DNA of 62,107 nucleotides, the filler included. It is 22 parts of 22 records of this genome, joined end to end, with 100 filler letters (N's around TTAATTAATTAA, not from the genome) between each part and the next. Parts side by side here need not be neighbours in the genome. Positions count along the whole stretch, not along the records: positions 41,900 to 44,242 come from SRR16133337_42330; positions 44,343 to 47,013 come from SRR16133337_42382; positions 47,114 to 50,772 come from SRR16133337_42399; positions 50,873 to 53,438 come from SRR16133337_42704; positions 53,539 to 55,688 come from SRR16133337_42740; positions 55,789 to 57,844 come from SRR16133337_42879; 16 more parts are not named here. One strand, written 5' to 3'. The position numbers were made by a program, and so were the translations under genes. The notes beneath the pieces are model-generated. The model had not been told where the DNA came from and ran no database searches. It saw only the letters and a list, made by a program, of their open reading frames with translations. The stretch's first letter is position 1; every line of letters starts with the position of its first letter. Shown in pieces: positions 44,231-57,725 of the stretch.

Positions 44231-47200
44231 ACTTTTTTATAANNNNNNNNNNNNNNNNNNNNNNNNNNNNNNNNNNNNNNNNNNNNTTAATTAATTAANN
44301 NNNNNNNNNNNNNNNNNNNNNNNNNNNNNNNNNNNNNNNNNNCACATGCATGAAGTATGTCATTTCTTACTTTCGTAACATCCAGGACGTGAAAAGGTAA
44401 AAGTTAATATCCACTACACAATACATCAAAACAAATCTTGTGAAACTCACAAAATAATGACACAAAGTTGTTGTGTTCGTTGTTTTTAGCACGTAAAAAA
44501 ACATATTTTTGTCAATTTTCGTTCAAAAATATTACAAAAACGCTCTGTTCCGAAAAGCAAAACAAAAAAGTTGGTGCTTTTAAAAAGTTATAAAACAGGG
44601 ACATATTTTCTTTGTATTTTATGTGCACAAATTGAGCATAGTCCTTGTCACACTTGTTTGCTAAAAGGTACAATCTAAAATCAAACAGAAAAGAAGAAAA
44701 AGATGAAACGAGATAACACCACGCATTTGAAAGACACCAAATCAAATTTCATAGCAAGTTTTTTTACTGCGACAAATATTTCGACAAACTTAAATGTACA
44801 TAACAAAAGAAAGTTATGAAAATAAAAGACGAAAAAATGATTAATTTCACACTATCAAAAGATTTTTCGGGGAAAAAATCGTGAGGCAATTTTTTATCAA
44901 TGTTTAATTTTGTAACACATGCCAAGTAAAGACTCAGCTGAACCCAAAACACTAACAAGACAGGCAATAAATGATTTGGAAAAGTGACAAATTGTTTCTT
45001 GGTGTAGTGGGAAAAAGGGGTAAAATTTTCCTTTTGTATGAACGACTGACACACGACACATAAAAAAGTAAGTCTCCATTTGCAGAAATTTCTTGGAATC
45101 ATTCAATTTGTGAACTTATCTTAAGCACTTTTTGATGTACTTCCACCAAACCTTTACTGGTAGAAAAGCTGTTCCCAAAATGGTGTACATCCCTATGTGA
45201 AAACTGAAAAAGGACTCTAAACTTTTTCATAAATTTTTTCCAAAAAAATTAAAGCTCAATTTATGTGACATAACCACGTTTTACCTTCCTGAAGCTTAAA
45301 CTGTTTTGTTATCGGCTGTTCATCCCCAACAACATGCAAATGCGATTCACCAGGACGAAAAAGAAGATGCTTCATTTCTTGCAAGTATGTGTTAAACTAC
45401 AATAATACAAGTACTTCAAAATACTAAATATATTTATGAAGTGCAGAAAATATGAATCCAGTAAATATTATGCTAATTTTGGCACTATTCCAAACACGTC
45501 AAAAATCGAATGGTTTTAATTTGAAACGTAAGAAAAAACAATTGATTCATCCCAAAGATGTTGAAAAAATGGAAATGAGAAACATTAAAATTAAAAGTTA
45601 GAATTGAATCAGAGCAAATGCCATTCGAAAAAACATCAAAATTTTGAAAAGAAAAAATACAATTTCCCGTGACACATCATAACGAAAGGCTTCAGCGCCA
45701 AATCTTTACGCTGTTTACACACAGAAGTGTGCAAAACATTAGTGTTTGTAAAAGGGAAAAACATCTGACCAAACTAGAATACAGCTACATGAATTCACAC
45801 TCACTGCTGAAACATCTGTTATTTCAAAATCTTCGACTCCAAGATCAACAACGTCTTTCCATTTCTTCTCAGTGATCTCAGGAATATCAGTAGATTTAAT
45901 TTTCTCCACAAACGAGCATATATTTTCATAAGTCAACTTGACACCTTCACCCACTTTCTCCCTCCACAATTCATTCAATGTTTTTCGACGACTTCCCTCT
46001 AATAATAAAACAAAATGTGAAAATTTCAGTAAATGTGCCATGAACTTTTAATTACAAAGACAAAAAAACAGTTAAACCAAAAGATTTATAATTCAGGAGA
46101 AACAAAAACTAACACCAAAAAAAATACAAATTTTTCTTACACTTTGGACACGAGAAATAAAATAATTAAGAGAAAGCAAACAAAAGAATAGAATATACTC
46201 AAACACAATAGCGGTGAACAAGAAAAATCAACACACTTCCTGCGAATTTCAACATGTCAAAGCAAAAGCATATACAAACACACCCAAAATCAAAATACAT
46301 TTCAGAATTTGAAAAACTTACTCAATTCAGGATAAATTTGGTGTTCATCGAAGTCAGGATTAAGAGCATTTATTTGTCTGCTGACATTGATTACTTCGAC
46401 ATCACTTTTTGATTTGTTTTCAATTTGAGAACTGGAAACTTCGTGATCTAAAAACAGATATGGGACGTGGGAGAATTATGGATAATAAGAAAATAAGATT
46501 ATCTAAAGCTACGAAACATATATTGTTCAATAAATCACATGAATAAAGTTAAAAATTATTCACCTGTTGAAATATGATTCTGAAGTTCTGAGTTGCTGCA
46601 AAATGTTTTCACACACTTCAAACATGCAAACGGAAAGAGCCTCTCTAAAAAAACATAACAAAAGTCCAATATCAACACTGGATACTCAACAAATGCAACA
46701 AAGTTTAATACAAATGACCCAAAAATTACCTTTAAAGTCATGAACGCCACTTTGCTCCAATAACGACAATCTTTTCGCGACATCGTGCTTCCGTTTTCCG
46801 TGCTCAAATTTTCTATTCTCGAAATACGCTAGTCGCCATGATAGGAAAGCATCAGCTTCTTTCTTTCGCGTCTCCAACCTCAAACACAAACACAATTAAG
46901 TTAGTCGAACGAATTACTGCTCTATACTATTTGTGTTACAAAAACAAAACTTTAAAAAGATGCTGAACAATGCACAATATTAACGTGCGTGAAAACCGTA
47001 GAACTTGTGAAAANNNNNNNNNNNNNNNNNNNNNNNNNNNNNNNNNNNNNNNNNNNNTTAATTAATTAANNNNNNNNNNNNNNNNNNNNNNNNNNNNNNN
47101 NNNNNNNNNNNNNGTAACGAAAGTAACGAAAGTAACGAAAGTACTAAAGTTTGGTGAAGTAATAAAAATAATTTTTCAATAACGTAAAAATATAGTAAAA

Positions 47201-47589
47201 ATAAAGGACTGGAAATTGATGAATGTGTGAAGAGCTTCGAAACATAGAAACTGAATATCTTTATTAGACATTGTAATTTCAAAGAAATATTAACTGTACT
47301 TTAAATTGATATCAAAACGTAACATATAGACATTCAATACAAGGCCATTCTTATTTATTAATTGAACATTGTTTTTACAAGCGGCGTTTACTTGTGTGAC
47401 ACATAACAATAATTCCAATGTAATAAATACATTCATGTATTTTCTGTATCTGGACTTGATTTTTGTTTTTTCTCATTATCATCCGAACAATCTGATGAAT
47501 TTACAGTCATGCCATGCTTCCTCTTTTTCTGTTTTCTTTCTACAACAAAACCCCATACAAACATTAAAATTACAATTAATTGAAAAAAA

Positions 47590-50500
47590 CTAGGAAGCGA
47601 TGTAGCTGCATGTCATGAAAACATGTAAAATACCTTGCATGTGATTTTGACTGCTATTCGAATCCGAATTGTTACGATCTTGTAACTCATCGTCAGATTT
47701 GAGGACATTCCTTGGAGGTGATGAGGGAGTATACGTGAGGTCTTTGAATTTAAGTGCATCTTCTTCTTCTGAACTTTGAGTTTCCATTAAAGCCAATTCT
47801 TTTATGGGATGACTACTCAAAACACTACTGGGTGTGTCAGAAAATGTTGCATGCATATTCGGTGTGGGTGATTTGTGAGAAATGTCTGGAAGATCATCCC
47901 AAACAAATTCTAACAAACAATTGTAGCAGGCACATTGTTAATATCACACATTGTATATTTTTCATTCTACGATACCCTTTGGAATAAAACAAATTATGTT
48001 CCATATGTTAATACAAACCTTTTTGAACATCTTGTGTTTTCGCCATCATAATAGCATCCAATTCAGAATGAAAGCTAGATTTGTATGTTGATACAACTGT
48101 TCCCATCTTGGTTAAGATGTTTGAAAAGTTCAAGAACTCTTCTTCAGGAGATTCCGATGTTGGTATAGGCCTTTTGATTAAGCAATTAGCTTTACTTGAA
48201 AAAATAACATTCCCTTTCTTATTCTTCTTGCTCCGATAATCTTTTGCTTTAACATCAGTGAATCTTGGGAATTGTACAAGTTGAGCTAATTTGAATCTGT
48301 TTACGAGGATTCTTTTCACTGCAGATCTTACTTTTACAATACCTCTTTTTCCGAAAGATCTCTTCTTTTTTACTAACCACTATTAAATGAAATATATGTT
48401 TTTCATTTGAGATAGGACTCTATCTGAGTAATGTTGAAACTGTTATTGTCAATTGTTTTCTCGTTCTCAGGCAAAGATTTAGTGGGGTGTAGTTTAATGC
48501 ATTGGGAATGCAATTCAAAAATCGGAAACATTTTCGCAAGGGAATGTTGCGATATTTCGCTTTAGTATACGAAAACGTCTTTTAAAAACACCAAATATTC
48601 ATGAGTCAATATCAGAAATGGCACCGTAGAATGTCGTGATAATTACAAAGCTATCAACTACGACCCCAAAAAAACATATACAAGCAAGAACAAAAATTGG
48701 GGTGTCAAACATTTTTATTTTGTAAAATGTGAAACAAATATGAAAATCATTGGTCTTTGTTTCGTATACTAACATCCTCAAGATCAATGAAGCGTCCATC
48801 TTCAACTAACAGCCGATTGCATAATGCAAAATCATCCGCAGAAACATCTTTGATTGGGCTCAATGGAGTTTTTGCGAATGGTTTTTTTATACAAAGCATG
48901 CCTTGGTCATCATATTTATTCTCATTTGTATCATTCAAATCTGACTGTATATTTTCTGGATCATTAGATGCTAATGCTGTAATTGTGTTCATGGATCTTA
49001 CAATTAGGTTAGAAGCACCGACAACCCCGAGTGAGGAAATGTGGATCACACCAGTCTCTCTGTTGACATTTCTTTGACGATAAAAAGCCTGTATCACACA
49101 TTTGATTACTTCAGTTGGAGGTATAATTTCATTTTTCCTGAAAATTTCGCAATATGAATTACCAAAAAAAATTTTTATGTATACATATGAATGTTGAAAA
49201 AATGCGAAAACTAAAAATATTGAACGAAATTGCAAAACACTTGAATCCCTAAAACAAATATCTCACATTTTGGCCCACTTTTTTAATTGAAAAAAATATT
49301 CACAAAATTTAGGATTCATGAAAAGTACATGTGACAAAGCATAGGCACACGAATGTATTTCGGAAAAACAAATACAAATAAGAAACATTCTGAAAAAACT
49401 ATAAACGCACTTCACAAAGAAGTTGTTTGAAGTCAGGATCTAATTTCTGTTCGACAAAAGGAGTATTAATATCGAATTTTTGTGACTCTTCCGCTTTTGA
49501 ATTAACAGATTTCAAATCCATTTGGAGATGTTTGATAGCGTTGTATGCTGTTTTCAATGCACAAATACTAGCAGATGCACGACACACATTACCTCGTGCC
49601 TTTTGCATGTAACCGACATGCCAGTACAAACCTCTTTCTGTGTAGGTACGAGACAATGTCTAAACAAAAATAAATCAACATTGTTACAAATGTTATATTT
49701 GTATAAAACTTTAACATTATTGCATCATTTTGTGCGGTCGTTACAACATTAACATTACTTTCGTACCTGATACTCATCATGCACTTTCTTGTAACTCTCA
49801 ATTGCATCATCCTCAAAATGGAAAACAAATGGTTTTTCTGTTTCCTTTAGATGTTCAGAAAAAACAAGCATCAATGTTGCTAGTATATTTGTAACAGAAA
49901 TTTCATCTGTGTTTTCTGCAATATATTCATCCCAAAGTGTGAATCTTGGTTGCACACATGACCAAATAAAGCGTTCGTTCAAACCTATATTTCAAACATA
50001 TTGTATTCACACATACACAAATAACAACCGACTATTTGGTCGGTATTGTTCAAACACCTGGTCTGTGGTATGACAAGTTACCTTGAGTATGTGAAGAAAG
50101 CCTTTCTGCAGTGAAATCTCCAATCAATAATGCAGGTTGACACAATCCTGTAACGACTAAGTGATTGTTTGGAAGGTACACACTTCCTGATGCAAGATCT
50201 TTGAAATAGGGTTCACCATTATATTGTGAACACCAAAAACTTTTCTAAAAATACATGAAACAAAAATTAATCTTGAATTTATGATGCGAAAAAAGATGAA
50301 AGAACAATTCTATGTAAAATGGAAATATTAGGGTAATATAAATTACATACCTCCACTGACGATGCATCTGACCCTTTCATGTTAGATGAGTATCTTCCGA
50401 ATCCATGAAAAAATTGAGCCATTTCGTCATTTGTGTAAAGTAAAAGTGCAGGTACTTCAAATGGCGCATTGTTTACTTTTTCATTTTTACTTGAATCTTT

Positions 50501-50772
50501 TGAATCCTCTTCAGATTTTTCATATGGATACCCAAGTGCTTCGGAATAAGTTTCTTCATTTTTTCTTAATCTTTTAACAACACCTATAAAATTTTATTTC
50601 TCCTTGTTAAGTTCAAATTGCGAGAACATAAAGGATATCTTTTGGAATTCAGAGAATCTGCATGTTTGAATCACGTTAAATTTTCACATTTTTTTTCGCA
50701 TTTCAAATTGCAAAGACTTTATGTACAAAAAAAACTTACCAGGAAAATTTTCGTTGTCAAACTTTTACAAAA
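47590..50772 (-). CDS. Spliced eukaryotic gene encoding a DUF3987/YfjI-like ATPase (partial)
   Basis: GT-AG exons 50583-50351, 50244-50082 and 49984 onward join to LLLYTNDEMAQFFHGFGRYSS..GSD...SFWCSQYNGEPY...HLVVTGLCQP...GLNERF...F...A...Y. Assignment of the downstream exons is less certain. Confidence 0.6.
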
Positions 50773-50872
50773 NNNNNNNNNNNNNNNNNNNNNNNNNNNN
50801 NNNNNNNNNNNNNNNNTTAATTAATTAANNNNNNNNNNNNNNNNNNNNNNNNNNNNNNNNNNNNNNNNNNNN

Positions 50873-51620
50873 TTACGACCAATTTTACACTTCCGCGGTT
50901 TCATATAATTTGAAAGCAAAAACACAGGCTTCTTGTCGACATCAATGGATAACAAAAGCCGTGGACAACCAGGGATGTCGACAGGAACCGTGAGAAATGC
51001 TTTCAAACCTTTGACAGTAGCCTTACGTACACGTTGCTTCATGTATGCTCTTGGCAAGCCGACCCTTGAATTCTTACAACTGCCAAGAACAGCATGACCG
51101 GCATTGTGTATTTCAAAAACTTCTGACACGGAAGTGTAATACTTGTCTTGGCACACAACAAGACGAGCGTTTTCATCCAAATTCGCCTCTGCCAAAAGGT
51201 GGTGAAACAATTTAGTTGGGTTTCGATTGCCATATGTCTTACCAGGGAATGTTTTTTTCGATAAGCAAATGTAATTCCGTAATATCAAAGAATCGTGAAT
51301 CTGCCCAGTACTTATTGGTTTTCCAAGCAAAAATACCTTTGAGGGATCCAACATGAACATACGGGACATTTGCTCATCGAATGTTACATGCACCCAGTTA
51401 CCCAACTTAATTGCATCACGCACCCTTTCGAAGAGGCGTCTTTGAAATGGGTCAGTTCGGTAAAAACGAGAATACTCTTCATCGTCGGAAGGAACAGGCG
51501 ATTCTTCCAACGGTGAAGAGTAAGGTGGCCATTGACACAAATTATGTGCGATCCAGCCTCTTCGAGTAAAAACAGCTCGAAGAGGATTCACACCACAGAA
51601 GAGACCATCCTTAAAAGATC
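50873..51620 (-). mobile_element. piggyBac-family (DDE_Tnp_1_7) transposase or transposase-derived gene, partial
   Basis: VTFDEQM (first catalytic D) and VCQDKYYTSV...VLGSCKNSRVGLP (second D, DN.FTS...GT.R.NR..LP pattern). Confidence 0.75.
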
Positions 51621-52827
51621 TAAGAAAATGTACAAAATGTTATCTTAATTATTTTTTCCTCACAAATGCAGCACAATTTCACATTATGGAGCCCTCTCAA
51701 CACCTCCCATACGAGGATAGTCTTTTTGGGGCGACAGATGAGGCTCTGATTAATTTCCCAAGGTAAAGAAATCTCTGGTCGTGACCTCTGCCTGACCCAT
51801 TCGATTCATTCCAGAAGCCGGCAGCAGTCCCAACTTTCAGAACGATGCACTCTCTCCTCCTGACCTCGTCAACCCTGTTTGACCCAAAAAACAATCTATC
51901 TGCGAAATGTACTACCCCTGTCCTCTTGAACTCAAACTTTGAGGTTTAATTCATTTTTTATACGTTATTCCATTTTTGTTTGAGGTAGTAGGTAGGGATG
52001 CGATGTACATACCAAACCAGAACGAAATAACACAAACGAATTTATTATATTCTCGTAGATAGTAGCAAATTATTTTTGTCAGCAATCGCGCGAAAAAACA
52101 TTGAAGCAAAAACAACATGAAACTTTCCGCACTTTCTTGGTGAGAAACCGTGATAGCAATTAAGCCCAATCAAATTTTTCTGAAAACTTAATGTAGCTTT
52201 ACCACATATTTAATTTTATTTTATTTTATGGCCAAATCCTACAACTGAGTTTTCGGACTTTTGGTTTTTGTGGTTGGCGAGAATGAATATTCCACCATAA
52301 TTTTTAGTGTGCTCATTAAACGAAGTCAGCAAAAGTAAATAGGCACGTGATAATCAAATAAGCACACTACCAATGAGTGTTAAAACAAAACTTATAAGTT
52401 CAAATTCTGAAAAATAAAGGAATCAAAATTAAATACAAATTTATTGTGTGCGTGTAGCTCAAAGTTTACGTAAATAACAGGGAATGTCAGGCCATAACTT
52501 TACGTAAATAGCAGATGCTCGCTTCACTTGTTAACAAAAACCTGGGAAACATTCACCTCAGAGGTCACAAAACAAAATCCCATTCAATTAAACAAAACAC
52601 CTGTTATGTTTAAACTCCACACGCTAGTGAATGTTTTTATGATGTTGTTTAAAAATGTTAAGATTCCTATTACTGTGGGTGTGACAAAGAAGTAATGCTT
52701 AAGATTATGGCAGTCACAAAATTTGGAAACAAATGCTGGTATTATTTATAGTGACAAGTGAAAGAAATGTGTGTCGCAAGATGAGTAAATGTCGTAACAT
52801 TGACGAAGTGCGAAAGGATGAATAAAA

Positions 52828-52886
52828 GTGGGAAAGATAGAAAGTGCGTGGGAAAGATAGAAAGTGCATGGGAAAGATTAAAGTGC
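52828..52886. repeat. 20-bp tandem repeat x3
   Basis: gtgggaaagatagaaagtgc x2 plus one degenerate copy. Confidence 0.8.
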
Positions 52887-55800
52887 CACTGTGACATCAT
52901 ACCTGCTGCACCATGTATCGAAGGAACCAAACTGCGTACAGCGACAGTATTCGAAGAAAGAAAATCATCACTACAACTTGCATGTACCTGAAATTATCTT
53001 AAAGGAAGCATTAAATTTAAGTAAAGATATTTTCAAACAAAAATCAAGTTCATTTACTCAAGTCGTGGTGTGTGGGAGTGGACAAAAATGTTGCAGAAAA
53101 AATAGCAATTGTTAAAAAATATTGGCGCTAATTGAATTCAAATTTTACAAAATCGCAGGACGTTATCTCTCCCGAGGTGCACAGTAAAAAAATAACACAT
53201 TTCATCACAGGTCCAGAGATTAAAGCATCCTCAAGTGTATCGTTGAATACGACCCTCCACGACCTCTCACATACACATTCACTCCATCAGGTTGCAACAT
53301 TTTTTAATTCAAATGGATGGAGGGTGTTACTTCATGATTCTCAAAAGTGAGTGGAAAGGTGTTGATTATTTAAGGCAGGATACTGTCTAAGGATTTGGAA
53401 AAGCGATTTTTTTGGTTTTTGGTTTTTGGGCTCGTTCTNNNNNNNNNNNNNNNNNNNNNNNNNNNNNNNNNNNNNNNNNNNNTTAATTAATTAANNNNNN
53501 NNNNNNNNNNNNNNNNNNNNNNNNNNNNNNNNNNNNNNAGTGGAATTTTTCGGCCAATTAAATCACTTAAGCAACTAAATAAAAGAGAGAGACACAATTC
53601 TTTCATTTAATTTGCTCGAATCACACCGTCTTCTACTATAGTGTACAGATTCCAAAAAATGTGAAGACAATCTAGAAAATAATAATTATAACACACCAAA
53701 AAAATTGAAAAATGAGGAAAAATGTCTAAACTTTCTTTTATCAAACTGTAAAAAAAAGTAAAAAATATACATATTGGATTATTTCGTGGTAAAAAGTGAG
53801 TTTATTGAAATTGCTCTGGCTATATAGCTAACGTGTGTCAAATACTGACAGTTTGACATATTTGCGATTTTGTATGGAAGGAACATTTTTACGTCGATGT
53901 ACATGCAGTAATATACGATACACAAGTTCAATTTTCTCTATTGCGCACATAAAACGTGTTTTTCAAGCCAATAACTTACCCAACAAGAGGACTTGAAAAG
54001 AATGACATCGATGATGTTACAGCAGTTAAGATCCCCATAAAATATGCCGCCGATGAATTTGATCCATCGAAAATATTTGCAATTAGGGGAGGTTTTACTG
54101 GAACAACTATAAAACAAAACAATTGCATTACGTTGAAAAATTGTCAAGCTGAAAACATTTCTGTACCCTCTCGAGTCGTAGGATCCTAAATTTGTGAGTC
54201 CCCCCAATATGTGAATTCGAAGTAGTACAAGGTATATCAACGAATAACACGCACCAACTGTCGACAGTTTCAAAAACAACTAATGTGTGTTCTGTTGGCA
54301 ACATAGCGATAAAATTTCGACAAAATGTCAATAAAATGTTTTCAACTTTCATAGTTTCAATGGCAAGCCAGTGGAAAAGAATAGCACACTTTGAAAAATT
54401 AACTTAGAAAGAAAACAACGAGTACCCTGGGGGTGCTGCTTTAGTGTCTTTTAAACAACCGTTTGTCACATTCGCTCTTCAAATCCATATAGAACACGCA
54501 CATAATGCCAATGGAATTCAAAGGTTCTGTGTAGTAAAATGAAAATTTCACGTACGCTTTTCGTTTACACTAATGTACTCATTTTAGCATGTGTCCCTAG
54601 GATTTTTCATCCCTTTGTAATTATCCCAGGATATTTTGGTTTTTGATATATTTGTATTTTGTTGCCAATTGAAAAACAAATTCCTTAATTTTTATCGTAG
54701 CCAAAACAAATCTTTTGAAGATTTCTGCTGCACTTGCATAGTTTTTACCGCACTAAAGAATGAATCGTATTTGAAGTTCTAAAGCGCAACATATTTTTTA
54801 CAAAGTAAAAAATAGTCCCATTCGCATTGTCATCACAAAACGCCCATAAAAATAATTTGAATATTTTTTTCTTCATTTATTATTGGAATATGTCATACTC
54901 CTGGTGATCTGTGAGCAATTCCCACAGACCCACTCATACGTAAATCCTGATATTTTGCCGAAGTTCCAGCCTAGTTGTCGAAGTTGACACTATCGACACT
55001 AACGGCAACCATCCACAGTTAATCTCAGTGTCGACTGTCGGCAGTGTCGATAGTGCCAACAGTCATTTGCCACCGCTATGTACACACTCGCAACCATTCG
55101 AAAATTGAAAACTTCGTCAAGTAACCCACCCCTACCCTTTCGAAATTTGAAAAGTTAGGAGTTTTCGAACAATAATATTTGTCACATATTTTTTGAAATC
55201 ATCTATTATTTCACATTTTTTATAAAATGTTTGTCATGTTTGGTGGGAACAATTATGCGAAATTTTTGAATTTCGTCATTTTATGAAAAATGAGTGAAAT
55301 TTATGAATTTTATTTCATCTTTTTTTGGCGAATAAAACCACCACCCCAATACCACTTTGAAAACAGAAAAATTGTGAAATTGAAAAATTCGCCAAATAAC
55401 ACATCCGCTCCCATTGGATTTCGAAAACAGTGTGTGATTCCTTGTAAAGTGTATGATTGATGTACAGTGCGCTACCAAACGCTATTCATTTATTTTTTTT
55501 CACTCGTTAAACCTGATAAAGCAACAGCCGTCAAAAAAGTGTACAGGAAAACAAATCGCCCTCCCATAATGGAAATTGCTTCTAGAAACAACACTTCTAT
55601 AAGCCTTCCTTACTCACTTAGCGCGGTTCCAAAAGTGTGTAAGAACACAGTACCAACGATCGGAATTAGCTCTCTCATTGAGCTCATTNNNNNNNNNNNN
55701 NNNNNNNNNNNNNNNNNNNNNNNNNNNNNNNNTTAATTAATTAANNNNNNNNNNNNNNNNNNNNNNNNNNNNNNNNNNNNNNNNNNNNCACATAAAAGGA

Positions 55801-56596
55801 ATGTAAAGGACCAGGTAAAAGGAACCGAACCGATCTCTTGTAGTCCAAACAAAACTACAACTCCTAATTTTGAGTTGTGTTTTTATTAAAATCTCACTCA
55901 TGTACACGTGAAGAAATGCTGAGCGTAAGTTTGGTTTTTTTTTGCAGCGTTTTTTCAACCTACGCACCTTCATTAGAATACAACCACACTATTTCCAGGC
56001 ACCAAACGCTCTCTGCGAGCTTCTAAAAATCAGCGAAAGAATAGGCGAAAATGCTGATTCCGGAAACGTGCGGCTAAAACGGAATTCATCCAAAAAATGT
56101 GTGGTGGAATTTTCCCAAAACTCCACTTGTTGAATTTCCCGAATTCTCATTGTGGGGAGCTGCAGCAGTTTGTGAAGGGGGAGCTGCAGCATTACAAATT
56201 GACTGTGGAAGAATCCAGAATTTTCGGATGAATTTCCTAACAATTTTACTTTGCGTTGCACAGCGAGTAGGGGGCAAATTTTAATCAAAATGCTGAAATT
56301 GAACAAACACACAAAAAATTGACTGTGTAAAAATTATGAATTTTTGAACGGATTTTCGTGTGATTACACTCATGCATCGCGAAGTGAGCTGGTCACATTT
56401 ATTGTAGTTTAAAAAAATACCTACATGAAAAGCAAAAACCCTTTTTATATCAGACACACAAGGCAGATATCCTTTAGCACAGATGCTAAATAAAGCGAAA
56501 CGATTTAATGGGTAGATTAGACTGTACAGTTGTTCACGTTTCCGAGTTTCTGGTCTTTTTTTCATCCCCCCAAATGAATTGCTTTTCTTGTGTTAG

Positions 56597-57028
56597 ATTG
56601 AATTGAATCAATACGTTTATCCAAAATACGGGGATTTTCCAGGACTTGATGGTTTTGGTGTTTTTGAGATCAATGCTGAAAATATTGCTGTGTTCTTGCA
56701 GTCAACGGTCAGCGATCATCACGATGTAAAGAAGGGAGGACTTGAAATGGCGAACGGAGCTTTAAAGCGGCTTGGCATTCCAATTTCACGAAGGGTTTTG
56801 GTATTTTTTGTTCCAAAAGCTGTGGGAGAAAGTGGATTCAAGAAACCTCAAACAATTGTGGCTCCAAAACCAAAGACAGTTCCATCAAAAGAAGTTGCTC
56901 CTCCAACATCAGAAGCAGTACCAAAATCAGGAGCACTTGCACAGTGGATGTCTAAGCTGGTTCAAGAAGTGTGGATTATTTCCAAAGCAAAAGAACGTGG
57001 TGGAAAAGTTCACGAAGTACCATTTTGA
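56597..57028 (+). CDS. Terminal exon encoding a Crinkler-type restriction-endonuclease-fold (CR-REase) domain
   Basis: YVYP...DFPGLDG...VFLQSTVSDHHDVK...LVFFVP resembles the P..NFP..D...Q.T.S..H signature; AG acceptor at 56595-56596. Confidence 0.6.
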   Translation: MELNQYVYPKYGDFPGLDGFGVFEINAENIAVFLQSTVSDHHDVKKGGLEMANGALKRLGIPISRRVLVFFVPKAVGESGFKKPQTIVAPKPKTVPSKEVAPPTSEAVPKSGALAQWMSKLVQEVWIISKAKERGGKVHEVPF

Positions 57029-57592
57029 TTTTTTAGTTGTTGCTCAGTACAAGCTTTTTTGGGTTTTCTGTTTGATTTCGACTATTATTTTGTGTCAACT
57101 GTGAAATGAGTGATAAAGAACACTCTACAAAGTTTTTCAACAGAATGACGTCAAATGTTTTCAGATTTGTCGCAAGATCAAGAGATCTAGATTTTCCAAC
57201 GAAATTTGTTTATTTGAAACAATGACTCAAAGTTCGTTGTTGCTTGTAACACACACACACACACCCAAGGGGTCTCACCAACACACATATCTCAAAATAT
57301 TGGAGTTGACAAAAATACGGTGTTTGCGCTTGTTGTGAGCGTTTTGGAATGGGTTCCATCTCAATGCCACTTGCTAAAGTATTTTCATTGGAGAGTGCAT
57401 TTGCATTGCTTCCCTTCGCAATTGCGAAATGGCTGTAGTGAATGTTAAAAGAACTGTTTTCAAAATCATTCGCTAAACATAAGCTTACAAAATTAACATG
57501 TCTTTGCTTGTGTATCATTCACAGCACAATGTCGATGCTCTACTTTTTGAAATTATTTCTATCAAAAACCAAGTCGGCTATTTACTTCAAAA

Positions 57593-57725
57593 TGTAATTG
57601 ACCTGTCTCACTATCTCCTAAATTTTCTCCTAAATTTTTATGCACGTTAACCTAATCTTAGCTAGGGTAGATACTCCGTATATTTTAGGAGACAAATTAG
57701 GAGATAGTGAGACAGGTCAATTACA
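57593..57725. mobile_element. 133-bp fold-back/MITE with perfect 29-bp terminal inverted repeats
   Basis: tgtaattgacctgtctcactatctcctaa (57593-57621) is the exact reverse complement of 57697-57725; the match extends imperfectly to about 42 bp. Confidence 0.75.

Noticed and set aside
54983-55059. 18-bp inverted repeat (gttgacactatcgacact / agtgtcgatagtgccaac)
   Set aside because: Short, with no target duplication or second copy to define an element.
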